NCBI GenBank assembly: GCA_041653755.1
Contig: JBAZEU010000003.1
Span: 18,738 to 82,737, forward strand
DNA: 64,000 bases
Origin: Minisyncoccota bacterium
GTDB taxonomy: Bacteria; Patescibacteriota; Minisyncoccia; UBA6257; UBA9933
Direction of reading: 5' to 3'
Of this stretch, positions 47,698 to 57,362 are shown piece after piece; position 1 is the first letter of the stretch, and every line of letters starts with the position of its first letter. Both the position numbers and the translations under genes were made by a program. Below the pieces are notes generated by a model, which was not told the origin of the DNA, made no database searches, and saw only the letters and a list, made by a program, of their open reading frames with translations.

Positions 47698-47724
47698 AAA
47701 GGGCGATCGTGATGACCGCCCTTT
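47698..47724. terminator. Bidirectional terminator
   Basis: aaagggcgatc..gaccgcccttt. Confidence 0.7.
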
Positions 47725-47757
47725 GTTTTTTACCTCCTTTCAATATTTGAAGTTATC

Positions 47758-49803
47758 TTACTTTTCTTTGCCTAAGAATTTCTTCCAGCCTGGAAAATCT
47801 TTGTACGTTCTATCAGGGGCAGAAGGCAATTTGCAATCTTGCTTGTATCTTTTAACGTATTCTCTGGAGTTTAATGCTTTCAATTTTTTCGCAATCTCGC
47901 TAGCCTCTTGCCACGTCCGATAGAAGTCTGTTCCGAGAAAGATTTTCCAGCCTGGGAAATCTTTGTATTGCCTATTAGGTTGGCGACGAAGCCTACGATC
48001 TCGCTTATACTTTTGAAAATATTCTGATTGAGTTAATATTCCCAATTTTTTCGCAATCTCGCTAGCCTCTTGCCACGTACCATAAAGCCCTCTTTCTCCC
48101 CTTAGAAAAACTGCGAAGCCAGGGAAATCTTTGTACAAGTCTTCCGGATGATGACAAAGCATACGATCTTTCTTGTACTTCTTAAGATATTCTGATTTGC
48201 TTGAGATGCCTAATTTTCTCGTAGTTTCGCCTGCCTCTTGCCATGTTGCATAGAACACTCTTTTTGTTCCCAGAAAAGCTGCAAAGCCAGGGAAATCTTT
48301 ATATGTGTAAGGCCTGCCAGGAAGCTTACTGTCTTGTTTACGCTTTCTCGCATATTCCTCTAAACTAGATATCCCCAATTTTCTCGCAGCCTCGCCTGCT
48401 TCCTGCCATGTTGTATAGACTTCTTTTGTTCCGAGAAAAACTTTCCAGCCAGGAAAATCTTTATATATTTCATTGGGGCAAGCAGGTAATTTATAATCTT
48501 GTTTGTACTTTTTCCCCCATCTGTATTCTGTAACGCTAGATATTCCTAACTTTCTCGTAGCTTCGCCTGCCTCTTGCCAGGTCTTATAGAAAGGCTCATT
48601 AATTCTTTTGATCACATTGAGGATATCAACCTGATCATCGGAAAAAATGAAGTCAAAGGCTTTACCGCTGACGTGAAGAACCTCTTTGTCTAAAACAAAG
48701 TGGTTGCCAGCGAACTCTTTGACTCTCCCGGCCATTTCCTTGACCATAGCTAATCTTTCACAATTAGCCACAAAATCAAGAACAACGACTTTGGATTTAC
48801 CAAGAACCTTTCTTAATCCTCGGCCAAGTTGCTGGTAAAAGATAGTTCTGGAGTCAGTGCAACGTAGGAACACAATTACTTCGACATCAGGTATATCAAT
48901 GCCCTCGTTGAATTTATTCACAGCTAAAATATATTGCTGTGAATCTTCACGGAAGACACTGAGTCTTCTTCTGCTCTCTTTCTCCTGTATGCCTGAATGA
49001 TAAGTTAAGGCGTTAGGAAAAAAAGATTTGAAGGTTTCCACGTGTTCTATCCCTTCACAGAAGATAACTGCCTTTTTGTCTGTTCCTGCGTATTGCTGAA
49101 TCTGGCGGGCAATCTCATCGTCTCTTCGCTTAATAAAGATTGTTTCGTTAAGCTGTTTGATGTAGATACGTCTGCCCTTTCTCAAAATTCCCTTAAGAAT
49201 CTTCTTAAGTTTCCAGTGGCTTAACCGATCGTTGAGTATGTGATACTCAACCTGGGTCAGCCAACCCTTGGCAATTGCTTCTTCTAAAGAATAATTAACT
49301 ATCTCTTTGCCAAAAAATTCTCGGATATCTTTTAAATCCATTCTGTCAGGAGTAGCGGTGATTCCGAGAAGTTTTTTCGGCTTGAAATAGCAAATTACAT
49401 CTTTAAAAGTAGAAGCCTGACCGTGATGAGATTCATCAACAATGATAAAGCCGAACTCATCTTCAAAGAAAACATGTTTCCAGTTCCTATAGGTCTGAAA
49501 AGAAGCAAAGACAACGTTGGCTTGATCGGCATTAAAATCTTTACTTGAACCATAGAAAGGTTTAAGTATAACTTGTTCGCCCAAAACTTTTCTGAACTCA
49601 AGCATTGCCTGATCGAGAATCCCGTTGTTGTGACAAAGGAATAATCCTTTGTGACCATTATTTATTTCTTTCTGGGCCCAGAAAGCAGAAACGATAGTCT
49701 TGCCTAGTCCGGTAGCCATAACTACCAATGCGGTTGCTTTTTCTTTGAAAGCATTAACGATCAAATCAAGAGCCTTTTGCTGATAATCAAACAAATTCAT
49801 CAT
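47758..49803 (-). CDS. SF2 (ResIII/DEAD-like) helicase with five C-terminal ~55-aa repeats
   Basis: ATGLGKT, DESH, TATP, EGIDIP, QQLGRGLR; repeats YxTWQEAxExxxKLG..YKDFPG(W/F)xxFL. Confidence 0.9.
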   Translation of the reverse strand: MMNLFDYQQKALDLIVNAFKEKATALVVMATGLGKTIVSAFWAQKEINNGHKGLFLCHNNGILDQAMLEFRKVLGEQVILKPFYGSSKDFNADQANVVFASFQTYRNWKHVFFEDEFGFIIVDESHHGQASTFKDVICYFKPKKLLGITATPDRMDLKDIREFFGKEIVNYSLEEAIAKGWLTQVEYHILNDRLSHWKLKKILKGILRKGRRIYIKQLNETIFIKRRDDEIARQIQQYAGTDKKAVIFCEGIEHVETFKSFFPNALTYHSGIQEKESRRRLSVFREDSQQYILAVNKFNEGIDIPDVEVIVFLRCTDSRTIFYQQLGRGLRKVLGKSKVVVLDFVANCERLAMVKEMAGRVKEFAGNHFVLDKEVLHVSGKAFDFIFSDDQVDILNVIKRINEPFYKTWQEAGEATRKLGISSVTEYRWGKKYKQDYKLPACPNEIYKDFPGWKVFLGTKEVYTTWQEAGEAARKLGISSLEEYARKRKQDSKLPGRPYTYKDFPGFAAFLGTKRVFYATWQEAGETTRKLGISSKSEYLKKYKKDRMLCHHPEDLYKDFPGFAVFLRGERGLYGTWQEASEIAKKLGILTQSEYFQKYKRDRRLRRQPNRQYKDFPGWKIFLGTDFYRTWQEASEIAKKLKALNSREYVKRYKQDCKLPSAPDRTYKDFPGWKKFLGKEK

Positions 49804-50068
49804 TTTCCACCTCTCCTTTTGTCATTTTAAATTTTGAAAGTACTTCTTAAACTAAAAAAGCCTAATATTCTTGTAGGCTATTCCGTATACAATAACAGGA
49901 AATATTTATTGTGTCAATTTTAATCCAAAGCTTATTCTAATCACTTAGAAAAATTACTAATGGTCTTATTATAATGAGTACCAAAACGGGGCATACAGCA
50001 ATTAGGAATGGAAAACAAAAGCCGCTTAGCAGATTTACTGCAAAAGCGGCTTAATGTCTATGGATTAC

Positions 50069-50629
50069 TCAAATCAAAGAAATAAGTTCCTTTTTCGGAT
50101 CGATCCTGATAACTTTATCGAAGCCGTCAGAATTAATCTGTGATGCATTCTCATGAAAGAATTCGTAATCATGAGATGGGGCATCCTTGGAAAAAAATAC
50201 AAACCCTTTTCCTTGCCGTGCTTTCATTTCTTCAGCCTTTGCGATTCCTGGCTTTTCCCAAAACCATATATTTACAGTCTTGAGCGAAGTCACGAAATAA
50301 AGGGCTACAATACGAGTAGCTCCGTACTGTCTCAATTTTTTTACAAGAGACCTTCGCTCCTCACTATAGCCAGTCCAGGTATCAAGAATTAATTTTAGCC
50401 CCGTTTGAGTTGATAATTTACGCCTCAGAAGGCGATACATAATCTCTTGGGCAAAATACTGTCCTCCAGTATACGGGCTCATATGAACCGAACCGAAAAG
50501 GCGTACAAGAATCTCATCGCGACTCACTGCAGATATTTCCGGTTGTCTTTCGATAACCTGCTTAGCATAATGACTTTTGCCTGATCCTCGTTGACCAACC
50601 AACAGATAAACAGTATTATTTCTCCCCAT
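50069..50629 (-). CDS. AAA_33-like P-loop kinase
   Basis: GQRGSGKS, VSRDEI, ILDT, DGFD; AAAGGAGG SD. Confidence 0.78.
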   Translation of the reverse strand: MGRNNTVYLLVGQRGSGKSHYAKQVIERQPEISAVSRDEILVRLFGSVHMSPYTGGQYFAQEIMYRLLRRKLSTQTGLKLILDTWTGYSEERRSLVKKLRQYGATRIVALYFVTSLKTVNIWFWEKPGIAKAEEMKARQGKGFVFFSKDAPSHDYEFFHENASQINSDGFDKVIRIDPKKELISLI

Positions 50630-50778
50630 GTGGTATCCTCCTTTCTCTGTATGGATTAACTGATTTTAGATGAACTATTTATATTATAACTATTATTAAA
50701 GAATTAGGCAAATTTTATTCCTCCTCACATAAAATTTGTTTTAAGCCAAAAATAATCTTACTAGAAACAACCAGTTAT

Positions 50779-51666
50779 TTATTCCTGATCGTAATATTTG
50801 AGAAGCGCTTTGATACCTGCTAAATTTTTATCCCACTCGATAGCTTCATGAGTTTTAAGTTCTACTGTAATCGCTGGAATGTTAATTGAAGCTAACCACC
50901 CTTCAGCGTCTCCAGTAACATCATACTGATCAAATGTTTTAACTGCCGTGTATCCTGACGCTTGAGCATAAGCATTCATAATATCAAGTGTCTTGGTGAG
51001 AATCCCGTCTTCACATTTTGATGCATAGACAGCATTTGCTTGGCTGTGCCAAAAAATAACGGCACTTGGAGTATTTTTCAAAATAAAATCTCGAATGGCT
51101 ACTGTTTCTGGCTCAGAAAATACTTTTGATCCAGCACTTACTATAGTATCCCGCCAGGTACTTTTTGATTTCCAATTACAATCAAAATTACGATTAAGAT
51201 CAACGTTATCTGCATTGAGACGCCCTGTTCCATCAGTTTGATTTTTTGTCTGTACATCTGAAATTGTAAAACGACCCCCCTTTCCGATTACCTTGTAAAC
51301 TCCATCTGGATTAGCGGACGGAATCACCGTAATAATTAAATTTTCCGGAATGACGTCCGGAGTTTTTTCCAAATAATCCATAACTTGATACGCCAAAAGA
51401 ACACTATTCCACTCATAGCCGCCATGGATACCGCCAATAAAAATCAAACGGGTATCCCCTTTTCCATATGTATAAGCATCAATATCACGACCTTCTACGG
51501 ATTTACCGATAATCGTATGTTGAGATTGAAAATTATTTGATTCCGGAAGCGCCACCGGTGTTAACTCATGCGCTTTTTTATAACCCACAAACACAAATAC
51601 ACCAGTAACAATTACGGCAAAAATAAGAAGAATTATTACATTACGCCTCGTAAAGAGAACCCTCAT
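50779..51666 (-). CDS. M14 zinc carboxypeptidase (MpaA-like), membrane anchored
   Basis: GKSVEGR, IHGGYE, NPDG, DLNRNF, WHS, ITVE. Confidence 0.85.
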   Translation of the reverse strand: MRVLFTRRNVIILLIFAVIVTGVFVFVGYKKAHELTPVALPESNNFQSQHTIIGKSVEGRDIDAYTYGKGDTRLIFIGGIHGGYEWNSVLLAYQVMDYLEKTPDVIPENLIITVIPSANPDGVYKVIGKGGRFTISDVQTKNQTDGTGRLNADNVDLNRNFDCNWKSKSTWRDTIVSAGSKVFSEPETVAIRDFILKNTPSAVIFWHSQANAVYASKCEDGILTKTLDIMNAYAQASGYTAVKTFDQYDVTGDAEGWLASINIPAITVELKTHEAIEWDKNLAGIKALLKYYDQE

Positions 51667-52565
51667 TATTTAGCGTAGTGCTTTAGTAACGCATTAATAC
51701 CTAATAAATTTTTGCTCCATTCAGTATCTTCGTGATTAGAAAGAAGCACGCTAATTGCGGGAATGCTTTTCTTAGCAAGCCAATTTACCATATCGCCCGT
51801 TGTCTCATAAAAGTCAAAGCTGTCATATGCTTTATAACCAGAAGCAATTGCATATGTATTAGTAAGCGTACGGGTTTCAGCTAAAATCCCGTTATGACAG
51901 TTTGAAGCGAACACACCGCCAGCAGCACTATACCATACAACAACCGCGGCAGGTTTGTTAATTTCTATATAACTTTTAATTGCCTGACTTTCTTTTTCAG
52001 AAAATACCTTACTTCCGCCACTCACTGTTGTATTTTGCCAGACACCTTTAGATTGCCAATCACAGTCAAAGTTACGATTGAGGTCTACGTCGTTAGCGTT
52101 AAAACGACCTGCTGTTAAAATACTTTTTGAAGTTGATACATCCGCTTGCACAAAACGTCCAGTAGCACCAATAACTTTATAAAGACCATCAGGATTCAAT
52201 ACTGGAATAACAGTGACTTTTACATTCTTGGGAATAACGTTGGGATTTGCTTCCAAATAATCCATAAGATTATAAGCAACAAGCACTGTGTTCCATTCAT
52301 AACCGCCATGAATACCGCCAACAAACAAAAGTTCTGTATTGCCAGTACCATAATTATATGCAGTAATGTCACGATTTTCAGTAGATGTCCCAATAACTGT
52401 TTTATTCGTATCTGCTAAATTCTGATTTTGCGTCTCAACAGTACTGGTTGTCGTACCCTGGTTCTCTGTCACGGGTACGGTATTAAGCGAACGATGGGTG
52501 AAAAAATACACGCCAGCGATAATAATAGCTATAATAATAATTGCGCTAATAATGATTTTCTTCAT
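51666..52565 (-). CDS. M14 zinc carboxypeptidase paralog, possibly inactive
   Basis: IHGGYE, NPDG, DLNRNF; WYS replaces WHS and ISVL replaces ITVE. Confidence 0.82.
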   Translation of the reverse strand: MKKIIISAIIIIAIIIAGVYFFTHRSLNTVPVTENQGTTTSTVETQNQNLADTNKTVIGTSTENRDITAYNYGTGNTELLFVGGIHGGYEWNTVLVAYNLMDYLEANPNVIPKNVKVTVIPVLNPDGLYKVIGATGRFVQADVSTSKSILTAGRFNANDVDLNRNFDCDWQSKGVWQNTTVSGGSKVFSEKESQAIKSYIEINKPAAVVVWYSAAGGVFASNCHNGILAETRTLTNTYAIASGYKAYDSFDFYETTGDMVNWLAKKSIPAISVLLSNHEDTEWSKNLLGINALLKHYAK

Positions 52566-52667
52566 AGTAATATTATTTTAGCATAAATATATTTATACAA
52601 CTACCCCCTGACCGAGACAAGTTAATTTGATATAATACAACCAACTGAAAATTTAGTGTTATAAAAT

Positions 52668-53570
52668 ATGAATAAAAAAATTTTGTTGATAATTTTGATA
52701 GTTTTATTGATAATCATTTCTGGTTTCGGAGCATGGTATTTCATAAATAAAGAAAAGATAGTTCAACCCCTCAAACCAATAGCGCAAGCTAATTATCTTT
52801 GTAACGGGGGTAAAACAATAGATGCGACTTTTTACAAAGAGGAACAAAAACCGGTACAACCGGGACAACCACCAATTCCTTCTGGAAGCGTAATAGTCGT
52901 TTTGAGTGATGGACGAACTTATAATTTACTTCAGACCATTTCCGCAGACGGATCACGATACGCTAACAGTAATGAGTCATTTGTTTTTTGGAGCAAAGGG
53001 AACGGCGCACTTGTTTTAGAGAATAATGTTGAAAAAAGTTATACAGGATGTATGGTGTTATCCCCTGACCCGGGAGGATTACCGCAAACTTATTCTAACG
53101 GAACTGTCGGTTTTTCTATTCGTTATCCGGCAAATTATTCAATAAATGCTTCTTATGTATATCAAGAATTAGGCCCGGGTAAAAATATTAGCGGAATAAA
53201 GTTCACTATTCCTTCCAGTACTGCTTTAGGGACTAATTTATCAAGTTTTGATACCGGCGTTTCAATAGAATTTATCCCTGCGACTCAAGATTGCAATGCA
53301 AACCTTTTTTTGTTTGGTAATAATAACGCTCAGAACATAACTGACAACGGCAGAGATTATTCTTTTGCTTCAACCACCGGAGCCGGTGCCGGAAACCGTT
53401 ACGAAGAAGACGTTTGGGCAATTCCATACACCAACCCATGTATTGCTGTCCGTTATCTTGTTCATTCGACCGTTCTTGAAAATTATCCGACCGGAACTGT
53501 AAAAATTTTTGACAGGCAAGCATTACTTTCTCAATTCGATGATATTCGCCAAACGCTTGTAACACAATAA
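52668..53570 (+). CDS. MliC-domain (lysozyme inhibitor-like) membrane protein with extra C-terminal domain
   Basis: YLC, ISADGSRY, FWSKG motifs; N-terminal TM. Confidence 0.75.
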   Translation: MNKKILLIILIVLLIIISGFGAWYFINKEKIVQPLKPIAQANYLCNGGKTIDATFYKEEQKPVQPGQPPIPSGSVIVVLSDGRTYNLLQTISADGSRYANSNESFVFWSKGNGALVLENNVEKSYTGCMVLSPDPGGLPQTYSNGTVGFSIRYPANYSINASYVYQELGPGKNISGIKFTIPSSTALGTNLSSFDTGVSIEFIPATQDCNANLFLFGNNNAQNITDNGRDYSFASTTGAGAGNRYEEDVWAIPYTNPCIAVRYLVHSTVLENYPTGTVKIFDRQALLSQFDDIRQTLVTQ

Positions 53571-54085
53571 TGTCAAAACAAATTAATACAATTTCTGTTT
53601 CCCCTGAAAGGAAATTAATTTGGAACAACAAAGAATACAAATGTTCCTTGGGAGAAAACGGTGTTTCAGAAAACAAAAAAGAAGGAGATAAGACTACTCC
53701 TGTTGGTTGTTTTTCTTTAAGAGAAGTATATTTTAGATCTGACCGTATCGAAAAACCAATGACAGAACTTCCGACAAAAGCTTTAACTCCGAACGATGGT
53801 TGGTGCGACAATCCAAATGATCAAAACTATAATAGGTTTATTAAGCTCCCCTATTCTGCCAATGCAGAATCATTATGGCGTGAAGATAACCTATACGATG
53901 TTATCGTTGTGATTGGCTATAATGATGACCCAATTTTTCCAAACAAAGGCAGCGCTATCTTCATACATATAGCTCGAGAAGAGTACAAACCTACTGCTGG
54001 TTGTATTGGCCTTGCTTTGCCAGATTTATTAGAAATCCTCGCTACGATCGAAAAAAACACAATAATTTGTATTAACAAATCATAA
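53570..54085 (+). CDS. L,D-transpeptidase family (YkuD)
   Basis: EGDKTTPVG, GSAIFIH..PTAGCI. Confidence 0.85.
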   Translation: MSKQINTISVSPERKLIWNNKEYKCSLGENGVSENKKEGDKTTPVGCFSLREVYFRSDRIEKPMTELPTKALTPNDGWCDNPNDQNYNRFIKLPYSANAESLWREDNLYDVIVVIGYNDDPIFPNKGSAIFIHIAREEYKPTAGCIGLALPDLLEILATIEKNTIICINKS

Positions 54086-54102
54086 TTGCTAGCATCAGCT
54101 AT

Positions 54103-54360
54103 ATGGAAAACTTCGAAAAACAACCAGAAAAAATAGAAGACATTGAAGCAGAGATTAAAAAACTTCATGAAAAAGCAGAAGGTCTTCTCTTAGAAATTCC
54201 TGAAGAAAAGATGTCCGATAAGGTATACGACGCATGGTGGGCAGCTGATTCAGCCGTAGACGCTGGAATAAATCCAGAAGAAATAAAAGGACTGTTATTA
54301 AATGCGATAAAACTTTTTGAAAGGGAAATCGAAGCAGAAAAAGCTGAAACTAAAGAATAA
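54103..54360 (+). CDS. Acidic hypothetical protein
   Basis: 85-aa ORF followed by terminator at ~54375-54406. Confidence 0.65.
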   Translation: MENFEKQPEKIEDIEAEIKKLHEKAEGLLLEIPEEKMSDKVYDAWWAADSAVDAGINPEEIKGLLLNAIKLFEREIEAEKAETKE

Positions 54361-54424
54361 ATATATCAAAACAAAAACCACTCCGATAAATACCGAAGTG
54401 GTTTTTATATTCGATATATCTCTG

Positions 54425-55336
54425 CTATATCTTCAAATATTTTCTGACCGCAATGACACTAGAGGTAACTCCCACTACTATGCCGAACAAAATTTGTTGG
54501 AGTAAGATGAGGAAAAAATGAGAATCAAAATATTGTTTTAAATTCATTTCAGGGACAAAAACTTTCACATACGGACTGCCAAAATAAACTATCGGGAAAA
54601 GTATAATCATTGATAAAATCGCCGAAATCAAACCATAAGTGATGCCTTCCACAATATAAGGACCTGATGTAAAAAAATTAGAAGCGCCTACCAACCGCAT
54701 AATTCCTATCTCATCTCTGGAAGAATGGATAGCCAAGCCGATAGCCGCAAGAGTTACAAGTACCGCTATTAATGTCAGGAAAATCGTCACCAGTAGACCG
54801 AACAATCTTGTCGTATCGATAATCTTTATTAACCGGTCTATCATCTGCGAATTTCGTTCGTCGTAAGAAACTTTTTCAACGCTGTTTTTAAATTCGTCTC
54901 CTCCTAAAAACGAAGCTATCATCTGATACTGTTTTGGGTCTTGCGCCTTGATACTTATTGAGGCCAAAAGCGGATTTTCTCCTGCCTGATCAATAGCCTG
55001 CGTAATTGTTTCATCTCCTTGATGCTGTTCTTTAAAAATTTCCAGCGCTTTATCACGCGAAATATATTCAGTGTTTTTTACTTCAGGCATCGCTTTAAGT
55101 GTGCTTTGAATTTTCAAGATTTCATCTTCCGGCGTAGTACTTTTAAAAAATACGCTGATGTCAATTTTATCCTGAATCGAAGTAAGGGTGGTTCTTGATA
55201 TAACGTTAAAAAGATTAATGCCACCAAAAACAATCAAAGCCAAAAACATAATGGCGATAGTAGCGGTTGAAAGAGAAGCGTTCCTCCAAAATCTCTGTAA
55301 ACCAAATTTTATAATTCTTGAAAGATTAGTAAGCAT
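54425..55336 (-). CDS. ftsX: Cell division permease FtsX
   Basis: YISRDKAL, ENPL, EIGIMRLVGAS; follows ftsE. Confidence 0.9.
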   Translation of the reverse strand: MLTNLSRIIKFGLQRFWRNASLSTATIAIMFLALIVFGGINLFNVISRTTLTSIQDKIDISVFFKSTTPEDEILKIQSTLKAMPEVKNTEYISRDKALEIFKEQHQGDETITQAIDQAGENPLLASISIKAQDPKQYQMIASFLGGDEFKNSVEKVSYDERNSQMIDRLIKIIDTTRLFGLLVTIFLTLIAVLVTLAAIGLAIHSSRDEIGIMRLVGASNFFTSGPYIVEGITYGLISAILSMIILFPIVYFGSPYVKVFVPEMNLKQYFDSHFFLILLQQILFGIVVGVTSSVIAVRKYLKI

Positions 55337-55367
55337 ACTTCTTATATCATAAATCTTAAATCATAAA

Positions 55368-56066
55368 TCATATTAATATGTATTTTCCTTTTTCTTCGTC
55401 CCGAACAATTTTTCCGCTTTCCAATAGAATAACTCTCCTTTCTAAATTATTAATAATATCTTTATTGTGAGTGGCAAGAATTACCGTAGTCCCCATTTCA
55501 TTAATAGTTAAAAGCAGTTTGATAATATCGGCGGAATTAATCGGATCCAAATTGCCAGTCGGCTCATCGGCCACTAAAACATCAGGATTGTGAATTAAAG
55601 CTCTAGCAATTGCCACTCTTTGTTGTTCCCCTCCGGAAAGCTCTTTCGGAAAATTGCTTACTTTTTCTTTCAACCCTACCAGTTCCAAAATTTTCGGGAC
55701 AAAATCCTTGATTTCTTTGTCTGGCCGGCCAGCCACCTCCAAAGCAAACGCAACATTTTCATAAGCAGTTTTATTGGTCAACAATTTGAAATCCTGGAAA
55801 ACTACTCCGATATGCCGACGCAAACTCGGCAGCTCTTTAGGCTGTAATTTATTCACATCATAAGAGCCAAAAATTATACGGCCCTTATCCGGTCCTTCTT
55901 CGCCGACTAATAATTTAATAAGCGTTGATTTTCCTGCCCCTGATTTGCCCACCAAAGAAACAAATTCTTTAGGATTTACCTTAAAAGATACATCATCTAA
56001 GGCAATTGTTTCTGTCCCCTTGCCATTACCGTTATAAAACTTTGTGACGTTTTGAAAAGCAATCAT
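55368..56066 (-). CDS. ftsE: Cell division ATP-binding protein FtsE (start MIAFQN)
   Basis: GKSGAGKS, VFQDFKLL, LSGGEQQR, DEPTGNLD. Confidence 0.93.
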   Translation of the reverse strand: MIAFQNVTKFYNGNGKGTETIALDDVSFKVNPKEFVSLVGKSGAGKSTLIKLLVGEEGPDKGRIIFGSYDVNKLQPKELPSLRRHIGVVFQDFKLLTNKTAYENVAFALEVAGRPDKEIKDFVPKILELVGLKEKVSNFPKELSGGEQQRVAIARALIHNPDVLVADEPTGNLDPINSADIIKLLLTINEMGTTVILATHNKDIINNLERRVILLESGKIVRDEEKGKYILI

Positions 56067-56067
56067 A

Positions 56068-57103
56068 TTACTGTCTAAGTATATCACTTTCAATGAAGAT
56101 TTCAATCTCGCCTTCTAAAACTTTTTCCGCTTGGGTTGTTTCCACGCCAGTTCTTGTGTCTTTTACCAATTTATACGGGTTTAAAACATAAGAACGAATC
56201 TGATTCCCCCACTCTGGTTTAACTTTTGTCCGCAGTTTCGATAATTCCTGCTCTTGCTGGCCTTCCATTAATTTAATCAACTTAGCTTTCAGAATTTTTA
56301 AAGCTCTCTCTCTATTTTGCGCCTGTGATCTTTCAACTTGGCATGCGACAGAAATATTTGTCGGAAGATGAATAACCCTTACGCTGGTCTCAACTTTATT
56401 TACGTTTTGGCCGCCAGGACCGGAAGACCTGAAAAATTCAAATTTTAAATCCTCTTCCGGAATTTTGAATTCTTTTTCATCAATTTCCGGCAGTTCCGGC
56501 AAAACTTCTACTAACGCAAAAGAAGTGTGCCGTTTTTGCTCTGGTGAAAAAGGAGAAATCCTGACCAAGCGATGAACTCCGGCTTCTTTTTTTAAATAGC
56601 CATAAGCATAATCGCCTTCTATCTCTACGGTAACATCGCCCGAACCCTCATCAATTGTTTTTACTTTCCAGCCCTGTTTCTGACTGTATTTAGAATACAT
56701 TTCACAAAGCATCCTAGCCCAATCCTCCGCATCTTTACCGCCAGCGCCGGCAAAGACAGATAAAATCGCCGACTGCTTGTCGTATTTTCCAGTAAAAAGA
56801 GTTTTGAGTTCTAATTTAGTGATTACCCGTTTTACCTCGTAAAATTTATCTTCATTGAAATCAACTTCCAACTCAACCAAAGATTTCTGGATTTTTTCAA
56901 ACTGCTCAACCAATTCTTTTATTTCTCCGAATTCTTTCAATTTTTCTTCGGCTCTCTGGCGTTCCTTCCAAATATCCGGATCGCTTATCTCGAATTCAAG
57001 TTCTTTTAAACGGATTTTTTTAGCGGCGATGTCAAAGCCGCCCGCCTAAGCGGCGGGTTTGCTCTTGCAGTTCTTGAAATTGTTGTAATAAAGTCTCGTT
57101 CAT
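56068..57103 (-). CDS. prfB: Peptide chain release factor 2 with programmed +1 frameshift
   Basis: SPF and GGQ motifs; ATG at 57103 gives 23 codons ending CTT-TGA-C (57037-57031), then GAC in the frame of the main ORF. Confidence 0.93.
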
Positions 57104-57132
57104 AATGTACTTTTATATTTTACCACAAACTC

Positions 57133-57162
57133 TTGACACCATCAAAGAATCTTTGCTATGAT
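57133..57162 (+). promoter_or_regulatory. Sigma70 promoter
   Basis: TTGACA-18 nt-TATGAT with TGn extension. Confidence 0.72.
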
Positions 57163-57218
57163 TTATTTTTTATAGTAACTGAACCTTACAAAATTAAAAA
57201 CGAAAGGAGGTGAAAACC

Positions 57219-57362
57219 ATGATACACGGCTGTAGAGGTCACACGGCAACGCAGATCAGCGGAAGAAGAAGCCACGCCAGCGGCACGAAAACGAAAGCAG
57301 TACACGGCGCAGCCCACCTGCGGATACAGGGCTCAAGCGTCCATTGTTGTCTAACGCTCTGA
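57219..57362 (+). CDS. 47-aa His/Cys/Arg-rich peptide (not in ORF track)
   Basis: GAAAGGAGGTGA SD; MIHGCRGHTATQISGRRSHASGTKTKAVHGAAHLRIQGSSVHCCLTL. Confidence 0.55.
   Translation: MIHGCRGHTATQISGRRSHASGTKTKAVHGAAHLRIQGSSVHCCLTL

Noticed and set aside
47758-48600. Diversity-generating retroelement TR/VR pair
   Set aside because: No reverse transcriptase in the window; the repeats are in-frame protein units and differences are not limited to adenines.
56940-57103. prfB as a truncated gene or pseudogene
   Set aside because: The canonical CTT-TGA-C programmed frameshift explains the break.
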